Shown piece after piece: positions 31,131 to 47,460 of a stretch of 64,000 bases of DNA (positions within the stretch are counted from its first letter, which is position 1; each line of letters opens with the position of its first letter). Under the pieces are notes generated by a model, which saw only the letters and a list, made by a program, of their open reading frames with translations, made no database searches and was not told the DNA's origin. The translations under genes and the position numbers were made by a program. The stretch comes from the human T2T-CHM13v2.0 reference genome, Homo sapiens, in assembly GCF_009914755.1 (NCBI RefSeq), contig NC_060932.1; one strand, given 5' to 3'.

Positions 31131-31497
31131 TAGTCAATTCTTTTTTAAAAAGTCAGTGAGCTCTTGATGTGTGTACACATGTATTCAGCCATTAGAAAAT
31201 TTAACAAACGATGTTAGTAATGGAAAATGTTTTAGAAACAGCTGTAGAACATGTGAACAAAATTAAGATTTCCCAAAACAAGGAGAAAGAATAGCAAAAC
31301 CAGTCTTCAAATTTCCCATTTCAGCTCCAACTACTGCTCAGGAATCGATCAGCATAAAAAACAAAAGAACCTCAAATCTACGTCTATAAAAGACTGAATG
31401 GTGGGCTAATTCACAAATACTTTTTTTGGTGATTTGGTTTTTATCTTCAGAATGACTACAACAAAGATTGCTTCTTTGTCTGTTACAATTTCCTTAC

Positions 31498-31647
31498 TTT
31501 AAACCATAAAAACACTTCTAAAACTCTAGCCATTACACAGCATTTATTTGAGAGCAAATAAAAATGAACAATTGTTAGAAAGAATAATGAAGGAACAAGC
31601 CCGTCTGGCTAGCCTTGGACCATGTCTCATTCCTATTGTCATTTTAC
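31498..31647 (-). pseudogene. Candidate fossil exon, 150 nt
   Basis: Acceptor ttattttgccacag, donor AAA|GTAAGG; length 3n; several stops. Confidence 0.3.
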
Positions 31648-32660
31648 CTGTGGCAAAATAAATCACAATTAATTTTTGACACAATTGAGTTTAACTTCAG
31701 TTTGATTAACTCGAATTTAAAATATATTAACAATAGCATGCAATCATTAAAATAATGTAAATGGAAAATGGGTATGATTTGGGGTTCAGAGAATCAAGCA
31801 CAAATATATGTACTATAATTAACAAACATGTAGGACAAAAGAGAGATCAGGAAAGCAACTAAAGGAAATGCAACAAAATAATATTTGTTATATTATCAAA
31901 ACCCAAATGTCCAGATTTCTACAATGTTTTTTCTACCATAATTTCAAGTTAATTTTTCTATAAATTCAAATTTAATTTAAATTTTAATTAAATTATATTT
32001 TAATTAGACTTTCAATTTTCATTCGATTTTGTCTACAATAATTTTTAAATTATAAAATATAAACCCCAGAGTAGACTATTTTGCAACATATTAGTACATT
32101 CAATTTCTTCACGTTAGGTATGCAGTTGTGCCTTTTTCATAGAATATTAATTTATGCACAGAAATCTCTTGAGATAGTAAATATCTATTATTTGTAAAAA
32201 TATTTTACATAAAGAGATTTAATCATTAAAACCAATCCCAGATGAATATATTTTAAAAACAGGCAGTCACTCCCATATGTTCTCTTTTTTTTTTTAATCA
32301 TTTGGATATTTTTGACCTACTTTTCAACCCACAGCAATAAACATTCAGATACAGACATTTGCCATTTATTGCTGATTCTTCTGTGTATATAATATCTGAG
32401 ATTTCTGACATGCCTGAGCCTGTCCCTGACCAACTTGGAAAGGGCTCTCAGGAATCAAACAGAAAACTGGTTTTAACAATCAGTTTGAAAAAAATTGACA
32501 CACCATGCAACATCGTAAATCCAAGTATTAACAAACATATTACTTTTTAAAAAGTATTTTAGCTTTTTATCATAATAGAAGAATATATGCGTTTTTTAAT
32601 GGAACAAGATTCTATATGATATGGCTTCAGTAAGAACACACTTGGAATGATGTTTTATTC

Positions 32661-32662
<2 letters not shown>

Positions 32663-32698
<36 letters not shown>
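32663..32698 (+). repeat. (TG)n microsatellite
   Basis: Direct reading. Confidence 0.95.
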
Positions 32699-32700
<2 letters not shown>

Positions 32701-33048
32701 TCAGCTTTATAATCCTATTACATTTTTTCACATGTAACATTCAAATTCTTGCTACTTGGGACCTTAAAACTGCTTACATGAGAATGTGTTAGACAAGTTT
32801 CTAAGGAAAGAAATTTGATACCCAGAATTTTGTTCATCTTGACGCAATTTATAAGTCCTTAATTGTGGCTAAACTCTATCATTCAGCAGATTCAAAGGCC
32901 AAATATTTCAACGAAATTATGGTTAACAGTGAAGAAGAATAAAAATTTGAATTCTATCCCTTTCTCCTTTTTTGTGCTCTTACCATAGAAGAAAAGTATT
33001 TTGTCATGATCTAAAAGCATCTTACTAAAAAGCATTGAGATGTATTAC

Positions 33049-33212
33049 CAATCAGCAGCAGAGATTATCTGTTCACCAACTTGAACTCATCTAGCTTGTA
33101 TCAAATTCTCAGATAACAAATTTGATCTTCGTCTTGATCTGCTGAATGTCTTGCCTGTGTAACTAATCCCTCCAATCCAGAGAAAGCTACATGCCCCACC
33201 TCATTACTTCAG
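33049..33212 (-). pseudogene. Candidate fossil exon (alternative donor 32984): SNEVGHVAFSGLEGLVTQARHSADQDEDQICYLRI*, or alternative frame ACSFLWIGGISY
   Basis: ag/GT boundaries. FSG..ARH..D...LR pattern resembles exon 52885-53157. Confidence 0.4.
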
Positions 33213-33306
33213 CTTAAATAATACATTATAAATGAAATGCTTATTTTGTGTAATGTCACAACAAACATTTAATTTAGTCATTTACTGAAAGCTCAATTAC
33301 TCTTAC

Positions 33307-33448
33307 AGTATGAATGGAAGGAGGAAGAAGAGGAGGGACTAAAACCATCTCTTGGAGGAGATATCACCCTTCTCAATTGTGCAGAATTCAGTCAATAGGT
33401 TTGCTAATTCGCTTGTTACGGCATAAGCAGGAATGCAAAGTTAAAGCA
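33307..33448 (-). pseudogene. Candidate fossil exon, 142 nt
   Basis: Acceptor tttattttaatag, donor GTAAGA. Phase 1>2 would link exons 38713 and 33212. Confidence 0.3.
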
Positions 33449-33943
33449 CTATTAAAATAAATTTTCACAGTGATTTTAAAAATTAAATTCAAAATAATAC
33501 AGCAAATAATTTCATTAATCGAGGCCCAAATTTGCAAAATGAAAAAAAAAAAGACAAACTATTTAAAACTAAATCTTCGTGAAGTCGAAATGGCAATGCT
33601 AGAACCATCCATTCTGGTACATTGCAAGAGGAGTATATGGGGCTATATTTAAATGTAACTAACATTTATTGATGCCTTACTATGTGCGGAATTTTACCAT
33701 GAGTATCTGTTGCAATCTACACTACTTTTATGACACAGGGACTCTCCTTATTTTATAAATGAACAAGTAATTGTCTTAATATTATGTACCTGTTGAAGTC
33801 TGTACAGCAAAATAATAGAGAAACTAAGACTCAAACCAGGTGCTAAGCACATTAGTCACTCTAGAAGTCCATTAAGCTCCCTTCTGTCACAAGTCAGAGA
33901 GCAATTCTCAAACATGAAGAAATTTCTTAAGAATAAATTAATG

Positions 33944-34265
<322 letters not shown>

Positions 34266-35164
34266 TTATTTTCAAACTTGATCTAACAATTCAATGGAGC
34301 AATTAAAACTTATATTTTCAGAAGTTCTTCAAGTGATTCTGAGAAACCGATCCTTGGCCTATGATTAATAATTTAGAAATTCCAGTCTTTATAAAGTTTT
34401 TCACTGTCTACGTGAGTTAATAAATTATTTTGTTAGTATAATAATTATATACTCTGCCTTATTTGTGTATTTATTGTTTACGAAAAAATGTCTTTCAAAT
34501 AAGAATATACAAATAAAATATTTTCAGGACACATAATTTGTATCAAAAAGAACTATTTTTAAAACACTTTAAAATAACCTACTTTTATAGAACCAAAAAA
34601 ATACTAATTGTAACTAATTCTTACCTATTTTTAAGTGTAAAATAGTACTTGGAACAACAACATAAATCTTTTTAAAGCAATTTTTTGAAAAAAGTCATGC
34701 GGAATTTTCATTAATTCAGAGATGTTTTGTAAAACACACTCAAAACGAAGACCGAATACACAATGAAAATAAGTTAGTAAACTAAGAAATAGTCACAATA
34801 ACTTTAGAAGAAAGCAAGTAAGAGGAAGGACAAAGATATCTTCACTAGCATTGTTTTCATAGGACGTATGACATATATACCCTTTTAATGACAATAAAAG
34901 ATTAAATGTTCAAATTAATTAAGATGGAAAAGCTTATGCTTATTCATGAAGTCCACAATTACTTGTTAAGTATGCCTGACACAGCACTAGAAATAGAAGA
35001 CATACTGAGCAAGTCACTATGGACTTAATGGATAAATGTTAAAACATTAAAAATTATGTACAAATGTAACACAATTTGTGAAAGTTATTTTTTCTTAAAT
35101 TCAGTTCTCCATCTTAACTAATTTCAACACAAACTTTTATTCTCATTAATAATGTACATATGTT

Positions 35165-35473
35165 GGCCAGGCGCTGTGTCTCACACCTGTAATCCCTGCA
35201 CTTTGGGAGGCTGAGGCTGGCAGATCCCTTGAGATCAGGAGTTCGAGACCAGCCTGGCCAACATGGTAAAATCTCCTCTCTACTAAAAATACAAAAAAAA
35301 AAAAAAAAAAGTTAGGCATGATGGCGCATGCCTGTAGTCCCAGCTACTGAGAAGGCTGACGCAGGAGAATTGCTTGAATCCAGGAGGCAGAGGTTGTAGT
35401 GAGCCAAGATTGCTCAACTGCATTCCAGCCCAGGAGACAGAGTGAGACTCTGTAAAAAAAAAAAAAAAAAAAA
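35165..35473 (+). mobile_element. AluS-type element
   Basis: Alu dimer with an expanded A linker. Confidence 0.92.
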
Positions 35474-35835
35474 GCCTATATGCGTCCCTTGTACGGAAAA
35501 AAATGCTAGTGGAAAAGGATAGGAACATATGTAATAAGTCATATTTACCATGTAGCATTAGTGTTAATAGTCCTTTTTTGTGCTGACTTCATGTACTAAA
35601 TCAAAAACTGCACATAGTAACACTAATCGCCTTTATCTGGTACGTTCTGATAGGAGATGGACAAAGAAACTAGACATTCATTGAAGACATTTCTGTTTGT
35701 TTGCTTGTTTGGTTTTTCGCTTAATTGAAAGCCAATATACTGAGGCAACTCCAGCCTCTCAGGTTCCTATGTAGGCAAACCAAAATCCAACTCAGTGCAA
35801 ATCTTCACACCCTACAAAATCAAAACTAAAGCTTA

Positions 35836-35976
<141 letters not shown>

Positions 35977-36718
35977 TTAGCCAATCAGAAACTTCCACAA
36001 CTAACCCCTAACTAGAAACTTTAAGACTAGCATTTCACTTTAATTAAGTATTTTCATGATCTTGCTTTTGAGAATACCTTATAAAAGTATTCCCCCTCTC
36101 CCTCCTTCAGCTCCGTCCTGAAACCCTTGCAGGCTGGCGCTGCCTGGTTGATGAAATGCTGTCTACTCAAGTAAACTTCGCAGAATTGTAATTACTTTTA
36201 AACACTGTATTCTTTCACTTAAACCTCATGGAAACCATTTTTACAGAGGCATCATTAGAATCACTTAGTTCATTCCCAAGATGTTTCTAAAGAGAGAAAT
36301 CTGCAGTATGTGAGGTTATTCAGGACTGTCATTAGCCAGTAGGGCAGTTATGTAGTGAATTTTAAAAGTGCTTCATTTGGGGAAAAATATTAGCAAAGTA
36401 ATTCTTTTGGGGGGAGACAAATGGTATCTCTGAGATGGAAGCAATTCCCTTATCACATGACTTGACAAGGGAAGCACCTCTTGGATTCCAGCCTCAACAC
36501 ACCCACTTAGCATGGGGGCCTTTGAGACAGTGCACGGCCATAAAACGGTCTAATGTAGCCTTGAGAATAGTTTTATTTTCCTGGTTATTTACTGCATTGC
36601 TAACTCAGACGCAACATCTCTTCCTGTAAACTCTAGTAACCCTGTTTAAATATGTCCTTATTTTTTCTTCTTTTTTAATGTGAATGAGTCACTGGGTTTT
36701 CTATTGTGTTGCCAATAG

Positions 36719-36757
36719 ACCAGGTCACATTTTGGCAATTCCAAAATGTGACCTGGT
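36719..36757. repeat. Perfect 17-bp inverted repeat with a 5-nt loop
   Basis: accaggtcacattttgg-caatt-ccaaaatgtgacctggt. Confidence 0.92.
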
Positions 36758-37784
36758 TTTTAAACAATAAACCAATTAGGAAACTGAGCAGTAGGGCCAA
36801 GACACAAAACATGTTCTCCTCAAGACTAGGACATCCAGGTGACAAATGTAGTCATTTCCTAAACTACTGTGTAGGCCCCTAGTTGCTCATTTTTACTAAA
36901 AAGTAATTAACTAAGCACAATACAACAGTTCTAAGCCTATTAAAAAAGTTTCTTGGAAATTTAAATAAATTAGCTATGATTAGAACTAATGAAATCTCTA
37001 AGTGTACCAGGTTTAATTGCAAAAGTTGTTCAGATAACATGCATAGTAATTTGTAAAAGAAATCCGGAGGAAATTAAATGCATGTCCAAGCGTATCAAAG
37101 TTAGACAAATTAAAATTCAAAAACTTCAACATTGCAGAGTAACTTACATTTTCAGATATTTTCATCCATTGTTTAAAGTACAATGTTACAGTGTTACATA
37201 ACTATCACTATTACTATAATTTGTCACCATTATTGTAATTTAAGGAGATGTCCCAGACAAAAGTAGAAGGGAAAAAAGTATAAAATCAGGAGGAGGGAAA
37301 TAAATTATTGAGCTAGGACAATTCAAAATGTCAAAATACTAGGATAAAACTGACCAACTGACTCACACTTTACACGTGTTGCTAAATGCAAATGAGGGTT
37401 GAACTAATCTGCTAGGTTAGATTTTTGTTGTTGTGATTACGAAGAACTGTGATTAATGATATACTTTGGAAAATAGAATTGATCAGGAAATAAAACAAAA
37501 GAAGAAAACTCCAACCCTTAAAAACAGTAATAACCCCTGCCGCAAAAGAAAAAAAAAAAAAAAGCTAAAGAAGGTTAATACAGGTTATTTAGAAATTTCA
37601 GCCCATTGATTCAATATAATTATATTATTTATGTTAATTTGTTATTGTCACTAAGATTTTAAGTGTAATTTTTGGGAGTCCTTCAGGGAAAAATAAAACA
37701 TCCCTGACTTATGATGATTTACCATAAGTTAAGCTAATCACCTTAACTTACGATATTTTTTAAACCTTTAAAATGACTTTATAG

Positions 37785-38122
<338 letters not shown>

Positions 38123-38712
38123 CTGAAATTTTCTTTACCATATGCTGAAGCTTAATGAAACAAACTTTTAAAAGTTTATAGAAGTTAAAAAAAGTAACAG
38201 TATCATAGTACAACTCAAGCACAATATTGGTTTCAAGCTCATGATTACTTCAAGCCAATGATTTAATAACATGATTTATTCTCACACAACTTTAACTGGC
38301 ATTTAAAAACTTACATGAATTTCCGAAAAGCTATATGGAATATTTTTTTTCAGTGAATAAAATGCCTTCTATCTAGAACACATTTTCTAAAACATTGTTC
38401 TATTAAACCACTCAATTTGTCTTAGCCAATAATAATGTCAAGTTTTCATGGCACACTTATCTTTGTTTTATAGTGTACCTCAGTCTGCAGATGATTAAAG
38501 AAAATTTAATGTAAAATATCCAAGAGAAAACTGATCAAAAGATAAATAAAACATAATCAGGAAAATAAATCCAGAAAAATACTAGAAAAAAATTAAAAAT
38601 AAATAAGCAAGTGGTAAGCAGCTATATATTTAAGAACAATGGAATTTTTGTGCTTCTAGAAGGCAAAACAATCAGTTTTATAATCCTCAGAGTCAGATAT
38701 TGGAAAACTTAC

Positions 38713-38870
38713 CAGGGAATGCGGGGATGTTTTTTTCAGAGCTAAATTTTAAAATTAAATCAATGTGAGACTTTCTTTTAGAGAAGTGACAGACAGATAA
38801 GTTGCAAATTTCCTTATTGATATGATTTTTTCAAATGCAGTGGTTTAGCCTTCCAATGGTCTGGTTTTGC
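38713..38870 (-). pseudogene. Candidate fossil exon, 158 nt, phase 2>1: QNQTIGRLNHCI*KNHINKEICNLSVCHFSKRKSHIDLILKFSSEKNIPAFP
   Basis: Acceptor tgctatccttag, strong donor CTG|GTAAGT; one stop. Confidence 0.4.
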
Positions 38871-39389
38871 CTAAGGATAGCAGTTGAGAGCAGGATTTAT
38901 TTTAAAAATATATATTCTTCAGTCAGTTTTCAAAAACAAAACAAAAAGGGAAAAGAACACTTGTCTACGATGCATATTCATGGAAATCTGGAAAATAAGT
39001 AGTTTGACCTTAAAAGGTCTCAAAAGGTTAGTTTGAGCTTTTGGTTGAGAGTGAATACCTAACAATGGAAATCAAATCATCATAAAATATTTGATCCATC
39101 TCAAGAGGTTCAGAAATACCTCCTCCTAAGAGAGTATGCCAAAAAAATTGGGGAGGAAAAAACTGAACATATTAACTCTTCATTTAATGCACAGATAAGC
39201 TGATGAAAGGGTAAAACCTACAGGCCATAAAGAACAAAAAAGAGCTGGCCTAAGCGAAGACTGTGGTATGTAAATTCACAAAGGTATCTGCCCACCTATC
39301 TATGGCATAAAGGTTGCATGTACCATAACTTCAACCTGTAACAAAAAACTAGAGCCCAAGTATGGGTAAAATTACACAGATATCCTCCA

Positions 39390-39426
<37 letters not shown>

Positions 39427-40640
39427 TGCACACACAAAAACAGGATTCTGTAGAAGACCATGGCCAATGGCAGGCACATGACAAAATATGAAAATTATGT
39501 CTGATAATTCCTAAGGAAAAGCCTACTACACTTTAATAACTTAAAAAAGCTCTAGGCAGAAAATTTAGATTAACGTCAACCTGTTTTGTCAGTACCAATA
39601 GAGATCTGTCAGAAGTAAATATAAATCCATCCTGCAAGTTTATACTTAAAATTGCCTCAAAGAATTCTCATAGAAAAATTCCAATTTAGAGGAGCTTACA
39701 AATTTAAAAACCCCAAAACACATCAGGAAACAAGTTATCATCAGTAGGAGCTGGCATGAACACAACAATTTGGTAGAAATAAAGATATCAGTATATACTG
39801 GTAAGATAATCCACTCACTAGAAAGAAAAACAATTCTAAAATTTATGGCACTAGTAACATAGCTTCAAAAGCCAAATTAATAAAATTATAGGAGAAAGTC
39901 ACTAATCTTAGAAATGCTTCGGAAAATACCAGATAGCAAAACTTAAACAAGGCCGATAAAGTGGAACCTAGAAATTAATTACCTTCTTACCTTAGAAAAG
40001 AGAAAAGAATGACATAATTGAGCCGAGTATCCAAATTTAGAACTTAATAAAAATACAACAGAATAAGTGTCATAGTGAAAACAAAAAAAAGATACACTTA
40101 AAAACAGAGATTAATGTAGAAAACAATGTTAGACTAGAAGAGAAAAATAGGAGCCCATGATTTATTTCTTGAACAATGAGAGCAAAATCATAAACTTCAA
40201 AATTTTTCCATGCGCACACACACACTTAAAACTGTAAAATGTTATGTTTAAAGTGATATTACATAGCATATTGATTATTAATCTATACAGATATACATCT
40301 CCCAAAACTGAATGCACACTTACTGTTATTTTGGGGGACCTGCAAAACCGAGTTTTGTTTAGAAGACACTGGAATCATAATTTGAATAAAGTCGTATTAT
40401 TTATATGACATAGAAAACTAAAACATTAATTTCTTTTGAGTTTTCTTACACTCTAAATCCAAAATTCTATTTGTCTGTAATAGAAAAATTAAAACCAAAC
40501 CCATCTTAGGTTTCTTGCTGCACACATTTTTGCAACTCATCTTTAGGAAAACGTACAGATAACACAAGTTTCTAAATGCATAGTTCATTGAAAATAACAA
40601 AGCATTGTATTTTTGATATTTTACCTTTTATTTCATTTAC

Positions 40641-40886
40641 CTTGTGGCACCAAATGGGAAGCATGGTGCATTTTATGATAATTCCACTTTGTAATACTCC
40701 TATATTTATAGCCCATGCTATATAAACTTTCTATAAAGCCTACTTCCTCTAATGCTACATGAGTTTCAAAATATCCATCTAATACAATGCAATTATATTT
40801 CGTCTTATTAATAATACATGAGATGATTTCATCACTCATGGGATGATAAGGGACAAAAAAGCATGAAAGGTATGTAGTAAAATCCA
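40641..40886 (-). pseudogene. Fossil exon, 246 nt, phase 1>1: DFTTYLSCFFVPYHPMSDEIISCIINKTKYNCIVLDGYFETHVALEEVGFIESLYSMGYKYRSITKWNYHKMHHASHLVPQ
   Basis: Acceptor gtagtttctcag, donor AAG|GTAAAT. Fully open for 82 codons; ORF 40633-40887 ends essentially at the splice sites. Confidence 0.65.
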
Positions 40887-41230
40887 CTGAGAAACTACAT
40901 TTTTGAATAATGCTCGAACAATTCCTTTTTTATGAATTTCACGATTTATAAAGTTGCCATTGAAATTCAATAGTGTAAAAAAGGAACTACGACAATTAGA
41001 TTACTCAATATTATTTTGTATCATTTAGAAAAATTTTTCTAGATAAATAACAAAGCTTAGTATGAAACATTCAATACCATCAATAATTATTTTATATTTG
41101 TTAATATTTAAGCAAATGATTATAGAGTGAAAACAACTTGTAGGGAATACATGCTTTCTTTCCTGTGTTAAGGTACAATACCAGGAAGCCATAAGTAAAA
41201 TATATGTTTCCTTTACTTTCTGAAACTTAC

Positions 41231-41360
41231 TATAAATCACTTACAGTAATATGCTTAAAATCAACATGAAAATATAGACAATTTCTACTTTTCGAAGAAA
41301 GGCAGCACCACAAAATCTTTTTGCATCACAAAGAATTGAAGAAGAACAGTCTGGAAGGTA
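41231..41360 (-). pseudogene. Fossil exon, 130 nt, phase 0>1: YLPDCSSSILCDAKRFCGAAFLRKVEIVYIFMLILSILL*VIY
   Basis: Acceptor cactcttaccag, donor A|GTAAGT. In phase with 40886; RFxGxxF motif shared with exon 6641-6897. Confidence 0.55.
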
Positions 41361-42685
41361 CTGGTAAGAGTGACTCAAGGAGAGGAGAGTTCTGTCCATT
41401 CTCTCTAGTGATGAGAAAGTCGTCTTGGGGACAGCTTCATGGGTATGCAATCTGTACGGAGCATGAAGCCATATGCTCAGAAAGACTATGCTTCATTTAA
41501 TGTTTTGCTGTGGTAGTCATTACATTCTTAATAATTTTTGAAAATAGGGCCTTGTATTTTCATTCTGCACTGGGCCTCACAAATGATACAGCCATTCTTA
41601 GCTGGCACTTGAATTCTAATCACAATTCTTCTACAACTGTGTGTGAAAAAGGGATAACTTACATTATTTGGTTTCTTATTTAAAAATCACCTAAATCCAC
41701 TCTAGTAACTTCCTAAATTCTCCTATAACTGTGATTTTCCAAGGTTATTTTGTGGACATAAAATCTGCATCAGATTTATTTCATCCCTCTATGTTAATCA
41801 TATGACTCTTTTATCAACTTGCTAGTAGAACCTGGATAAATGTAAATTCTAAAATAAGATATATATATATATGTAATATGGCTCTTAGCATTTAAAAACT
41901 GACTCAAATAGTTTTCCTATTTTTCTTATCTTTGAAAATCACTTTATAGAAATGAATAACTGTGACTCTCTAAGCTAAATGTTATACTTTTTTTATATTA
42001 TTGAAATACACATATGCATGCACACACACACACACAAACACACATACAAACAAAAACTGTGGTGTTTTTAAAAGATGGTTTTTCTTTTGAAAGTGAATTT
42101 TTTAATGTTTTAATTTTTCGTCAGGTAATTTTTACAGCATTCAGGAGACAGCTGCTATAAGGATTTCTTAGGAACTAAATTATAGCCTGAAACAAAAATT
42201 ATTATGCTCAGGAAAAGTAGACAGAAAGCAAAATGTCACTAAAAAAAAGAGAGAAACCAATATTATCTATATACGACTAATCATGTGATGCTCTTTTTAA
42301 AGGATCCCCACAAGAATAAAGGAATATCAACTAAGTAAACGTCCCAAATCAATGATAACTATAAAGAAGAGTCTTATAAATTAAATATTGAAATCCTCAA
42401 CTAATGGCTGTGGACGCAAACCCAGGAGATTTTAGTAAACTATACATAGCCTATACATATACAATTTAACAATGCTTAGAACTTTAGGAAATTATATAAG
42501 TTCACAGGAGTATGCTATAATAAAAAACTGTCCTACTGAAGATAAATTCAAATGACAGTGTTGATGATCTTTAATGCCACCCTGATCCATATTATCCTAA
42601 GATTTTATTAATGAAGCAATGGAGAAGAAAGAAATGAACAGTTTAGAAATCCCTTCTTCTTACTTCCACTCTTTGTCTTTTTTCT

Positions 42686-44047
<1,362 letters not shown>

Positions 44048-44439
44048 TCAATAAATATTTTATACTACTTACATGCTTAAAATAAAAGGTGATCACAAGA
44101 AATACAGAAAAAATGAACGATGCCCACTGAAAAATTCACAGTTTGCTTCTCCTTTTCTAACTTGATAAAACTTATAAGTAAATTCTTAAGTAGCTATCAC
44201 TAACTGTAAATGATTTTTAAAAACAATAATGATAGATATAACAATAAAGAGAATAACTACTGTAAACAAATTTTTCTAAATAAAACAGTTGAATGCAAAT
44301 ATAGTAGTATTGCCAATATTGCCATTATTAAACAAAACACTTTACAAAACCTGTTACAGCTCATCATTAACCTAAGGTTCCACTGGATTTCCTAGGTTCA
44401 CTCTGTATCAGTGGTCATCTGAGTTATTCTTATCCTTAT

Positions 44440-44660
44440 GCAGTGAAGGCAAACTCTGGCTCACAAGTAAAATCTGGCCCTCTGCCTGTTTCATAAGTAA
44501 GTTTTATCACAACCCAGCCACATTCATTTAAATATTGTCTACTTCTGCTTCCTCAGAGATGAGTGGCTGAGTTGAGTAGTTGCAACATAGACCACGTAAA
44601 CTACCAAGACTGAAATATTTACTAACCAGCCATTTAAAAAGGAAATTTGCTGCCTACTGC
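44440..44660 (+). mobile_element. MER58A-like hAT-Charlie MITE
   Basis: gcaaactctggc...aaatctggcc...gagttgagtagttgcaaca...tttgctgccta. Confidence 0.75.
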
Positions 44661-46180
44661 TTTATAGCCAAACATCTTGAAAGGAATGTTTACATATTAT
44701 GTACCAATATTTCTTCTACTGTTTTGTAAATCCATTCCAATCAGGTTTTTTCCCCAATACTTCATGGAAACTGTTTTTTTTTAATTTTTTTTATGATTAT
44801 AAATGACCCCAAATTGCTAAAGGCAAAGGCCAATAAGTTCTTAACTTACTGACCTGTATCAGCAGCATTTAACATAGCAGACCATTTTCTCCTTAATGCA
44901 ATTTTTCACTTGCTTTCCAGGGTGCCACTCTTGGATTTCTTTGCACTTCTGGGACTGTTTCTCTTTAATTATATTTTCTAGTTGCCTTTGTTTCCCTAAT
45001 TTCAGAATTTCTGAGTACTCGAAAGTTCAGTCCCTGAACCTCTTCTTTGTTACTAACACTCATTTATTTGGTGATTGCATCTAGTTCCATGGTTTTAAAT
45101 ATTATCTATAAACTGAAAAGCCATGCATTTTGTATCTCCATCTCATCTTTCCTTAGAACCAGAGATTTATGTATCCAGCTGCCTCATGGACATTTTCACT
45201 TGAATGTCTAATAAAGAGCTCAATCTAGATATCCAAAAGAGAATTCCTGATTCGTGCTTTTATCTGAAAACCTGATCCTTCTGTCATCTTCTACCATGCC
45301 AGTAAAGGCAACTTTGTCCTTCCAGTTGCTTAGGCCAGTATTGAAAGCATCAGCCTTAACTGCACTCCTCATATTTCACATCGGCCCATCAATAAATCCC
45401 ACTGGCCTTTAAAGTATACACAGAATCCGTCTACTTCTCACCACCTCTACCACTCACAGCCTGGTCTAAGGCACCACCAATTCTCACTTGGATTATTATG
45501 ATGGTTTTATAATTTGTCACCCTATTTCTGTCCTTTTCCTATTTCAGCAACTTTCTAACAAAGCAATCACAGTAATGTCATAACTCACATCTCATTTAAA
45601 TCTTCTGTTCAAAACTCTACATTTTACTAAAAGTAAGATGGAGATTTTAACTGCAGCCAAAACAAACAAAAACCCTGTAAGCGCTGGCCATTCATTAACT
45701 ATCTGATCTTAACTCCTACTCTCTCTGTGCACATGTGCACAACCAGCACCAACCACACTGTCCTCTATGTCCTGTTCCTTGGAAATTTCAGTCATTCTCA
45801 CACCTTAGGAGTATTTTTCTCACTGGCCCTTTTGCCTAAATACCCTCTCTCAGGTGTTTCTATGATTCTCCCCTTCATTTCATTGTGATCTTCTTTTGAA
45901 TGTCATCTTCTCAGTAGTGTTCCCTGGTCAAACTATCTCAAAATCTCAACTCTGTTTGTCTTGCTTTCTCCTTTTCCTTTTCCCTCTTCTACTTTTTCTG
46001 CTCAGAACTAGTAGTATAAAATGCATTTCATTTTTCTATTTTATTATTTCTCTCTACCTCTAGAATTAAACCACATGAGGGCATATATTTATGTTTATTT
46101 AGTTAACCAATATTAAATCTAGCATCTATAACATAATTTGCTATGTAGGAGAGAAACAGTATTTCTTGAAAGAATGAAAG
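44661..46180 (+). mobile_element. L2 fragment
   Basis: cagcagcatttaacatagcagaccat... and other L2 3' motifs. Confidence 0.7.
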
Positions 46181-46982
46181 TATTGTCTTCGGTAGGAACA
46201 CTAAGAAATAATTTTCAAAAGCATGTATTCCTCTAATAATAATTGATTTTATATCTTCCATATTTTCTCAGAAATTGAATAAAATTTTAAAAATGTGGAT
46301 TTATTAAGGAATACTTTATTATTATAATAAAACAAAATATTGCAGGAATTTTCTTAATATGTTGACATACTTTTATGTATGTATTTATGCACACAATATA
46401 TGTATTTATATACGTATATATTTATTACTTTCCTCACTGAAATGGGAGAAAAAGGAAAACACAAGAAATGAGAAGGGAAAAGCAATATGAAAAAGCAAGA
46501 CAAAGTGAGAGTTGAAATTTTAGACAGGTTGACTAGGGAAGACTACTGAGATGATAACATTCAAGAAAATATCAGAAGGAAATGACGAGGAGAATCAAGG
46601 AAACATATGAGGGAAAACCTTCTAGGCAGAGGGAGGGGCAAGCAAAATGTCCTGTGTATGTATATGCATACATGTGCATGTGTTTTTATGTATATTTATA
46701 TAAGTATGTACACAGGGATTTATGTGTGTAAAGTCGGAAATAAAATGCATTCCATTTCAACAACAGTAAACAAAGAAAAAACTAGAATTTAATCTCCGAA
46801 AAAATCTAAATTACCAATTCAATAGAATGCAGGGCCAGAATTCAAATTCAACTCACGCAGATTCTAATTTCAAGCTCCTCATTTTTATTCCATTGTTTGT
46901 TTCTATTGTTTATGTCCATTTTGCTAGGCAGGTTCAAAAGAAATGCACAGATATTAAGTCAAAAATAAGATCACGGGATCCT

Positions 46983-47460
46983 TTTCAAGATGGCCGACCA
47001 GACGCACCAGGGAAGTGCCACTCCCATGGAAAGAAACAGGGATTTTGACTAAGTCAGCATAATTGGAGCAGATCTTCAGAGAGAAAATGCAGAATGTGAA
47101 TGGAGAAAGATGCAAATATTGAACCTGAAGAAAAAGAAAGCTGAGAACCCTGTGTAGGATGCCTGAACACCAGGGCTTGTTCCTGGCCCTGAAAAGCTCT
47201 TGGGGAAGAGGTGAGTGGGACTGGGGCACTGCCCACTCTTGCTGTGGACCTATGGGATCCTAGCTGCAGAGGACCCTCACATGTCCCACAGATATTTGAG
47301 CTGGCAGGGGTACCTTTCTGGAGAACAGAGGGAGAGGAGGCCTTAGCAGGCGTGGAGCTGGGGACCTTTGTGCACAGGACAGCTCCACGGAGCCTGGCCA
47401 TAGGTGCCCATCCCTCAGGGCACCCCTCTCCCATTGAGAGGCTCTGACCCCAGCTGACAT
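46983..47460 (+). mobile_element. Old L1 5'UTR fragment
   Basis: ttcaagatggccgac start motif followed by a GC-rich L1 5' segment. Confidence 0.65.

Noticed and set aside
40450-40571. Possible exon just downstream of 40641 (KCVQQE resembles ECVQQE at 16.4 kb)
   Set aside because: It would need a 69-nt intron, and its phase does not fit the neighbouring exons.
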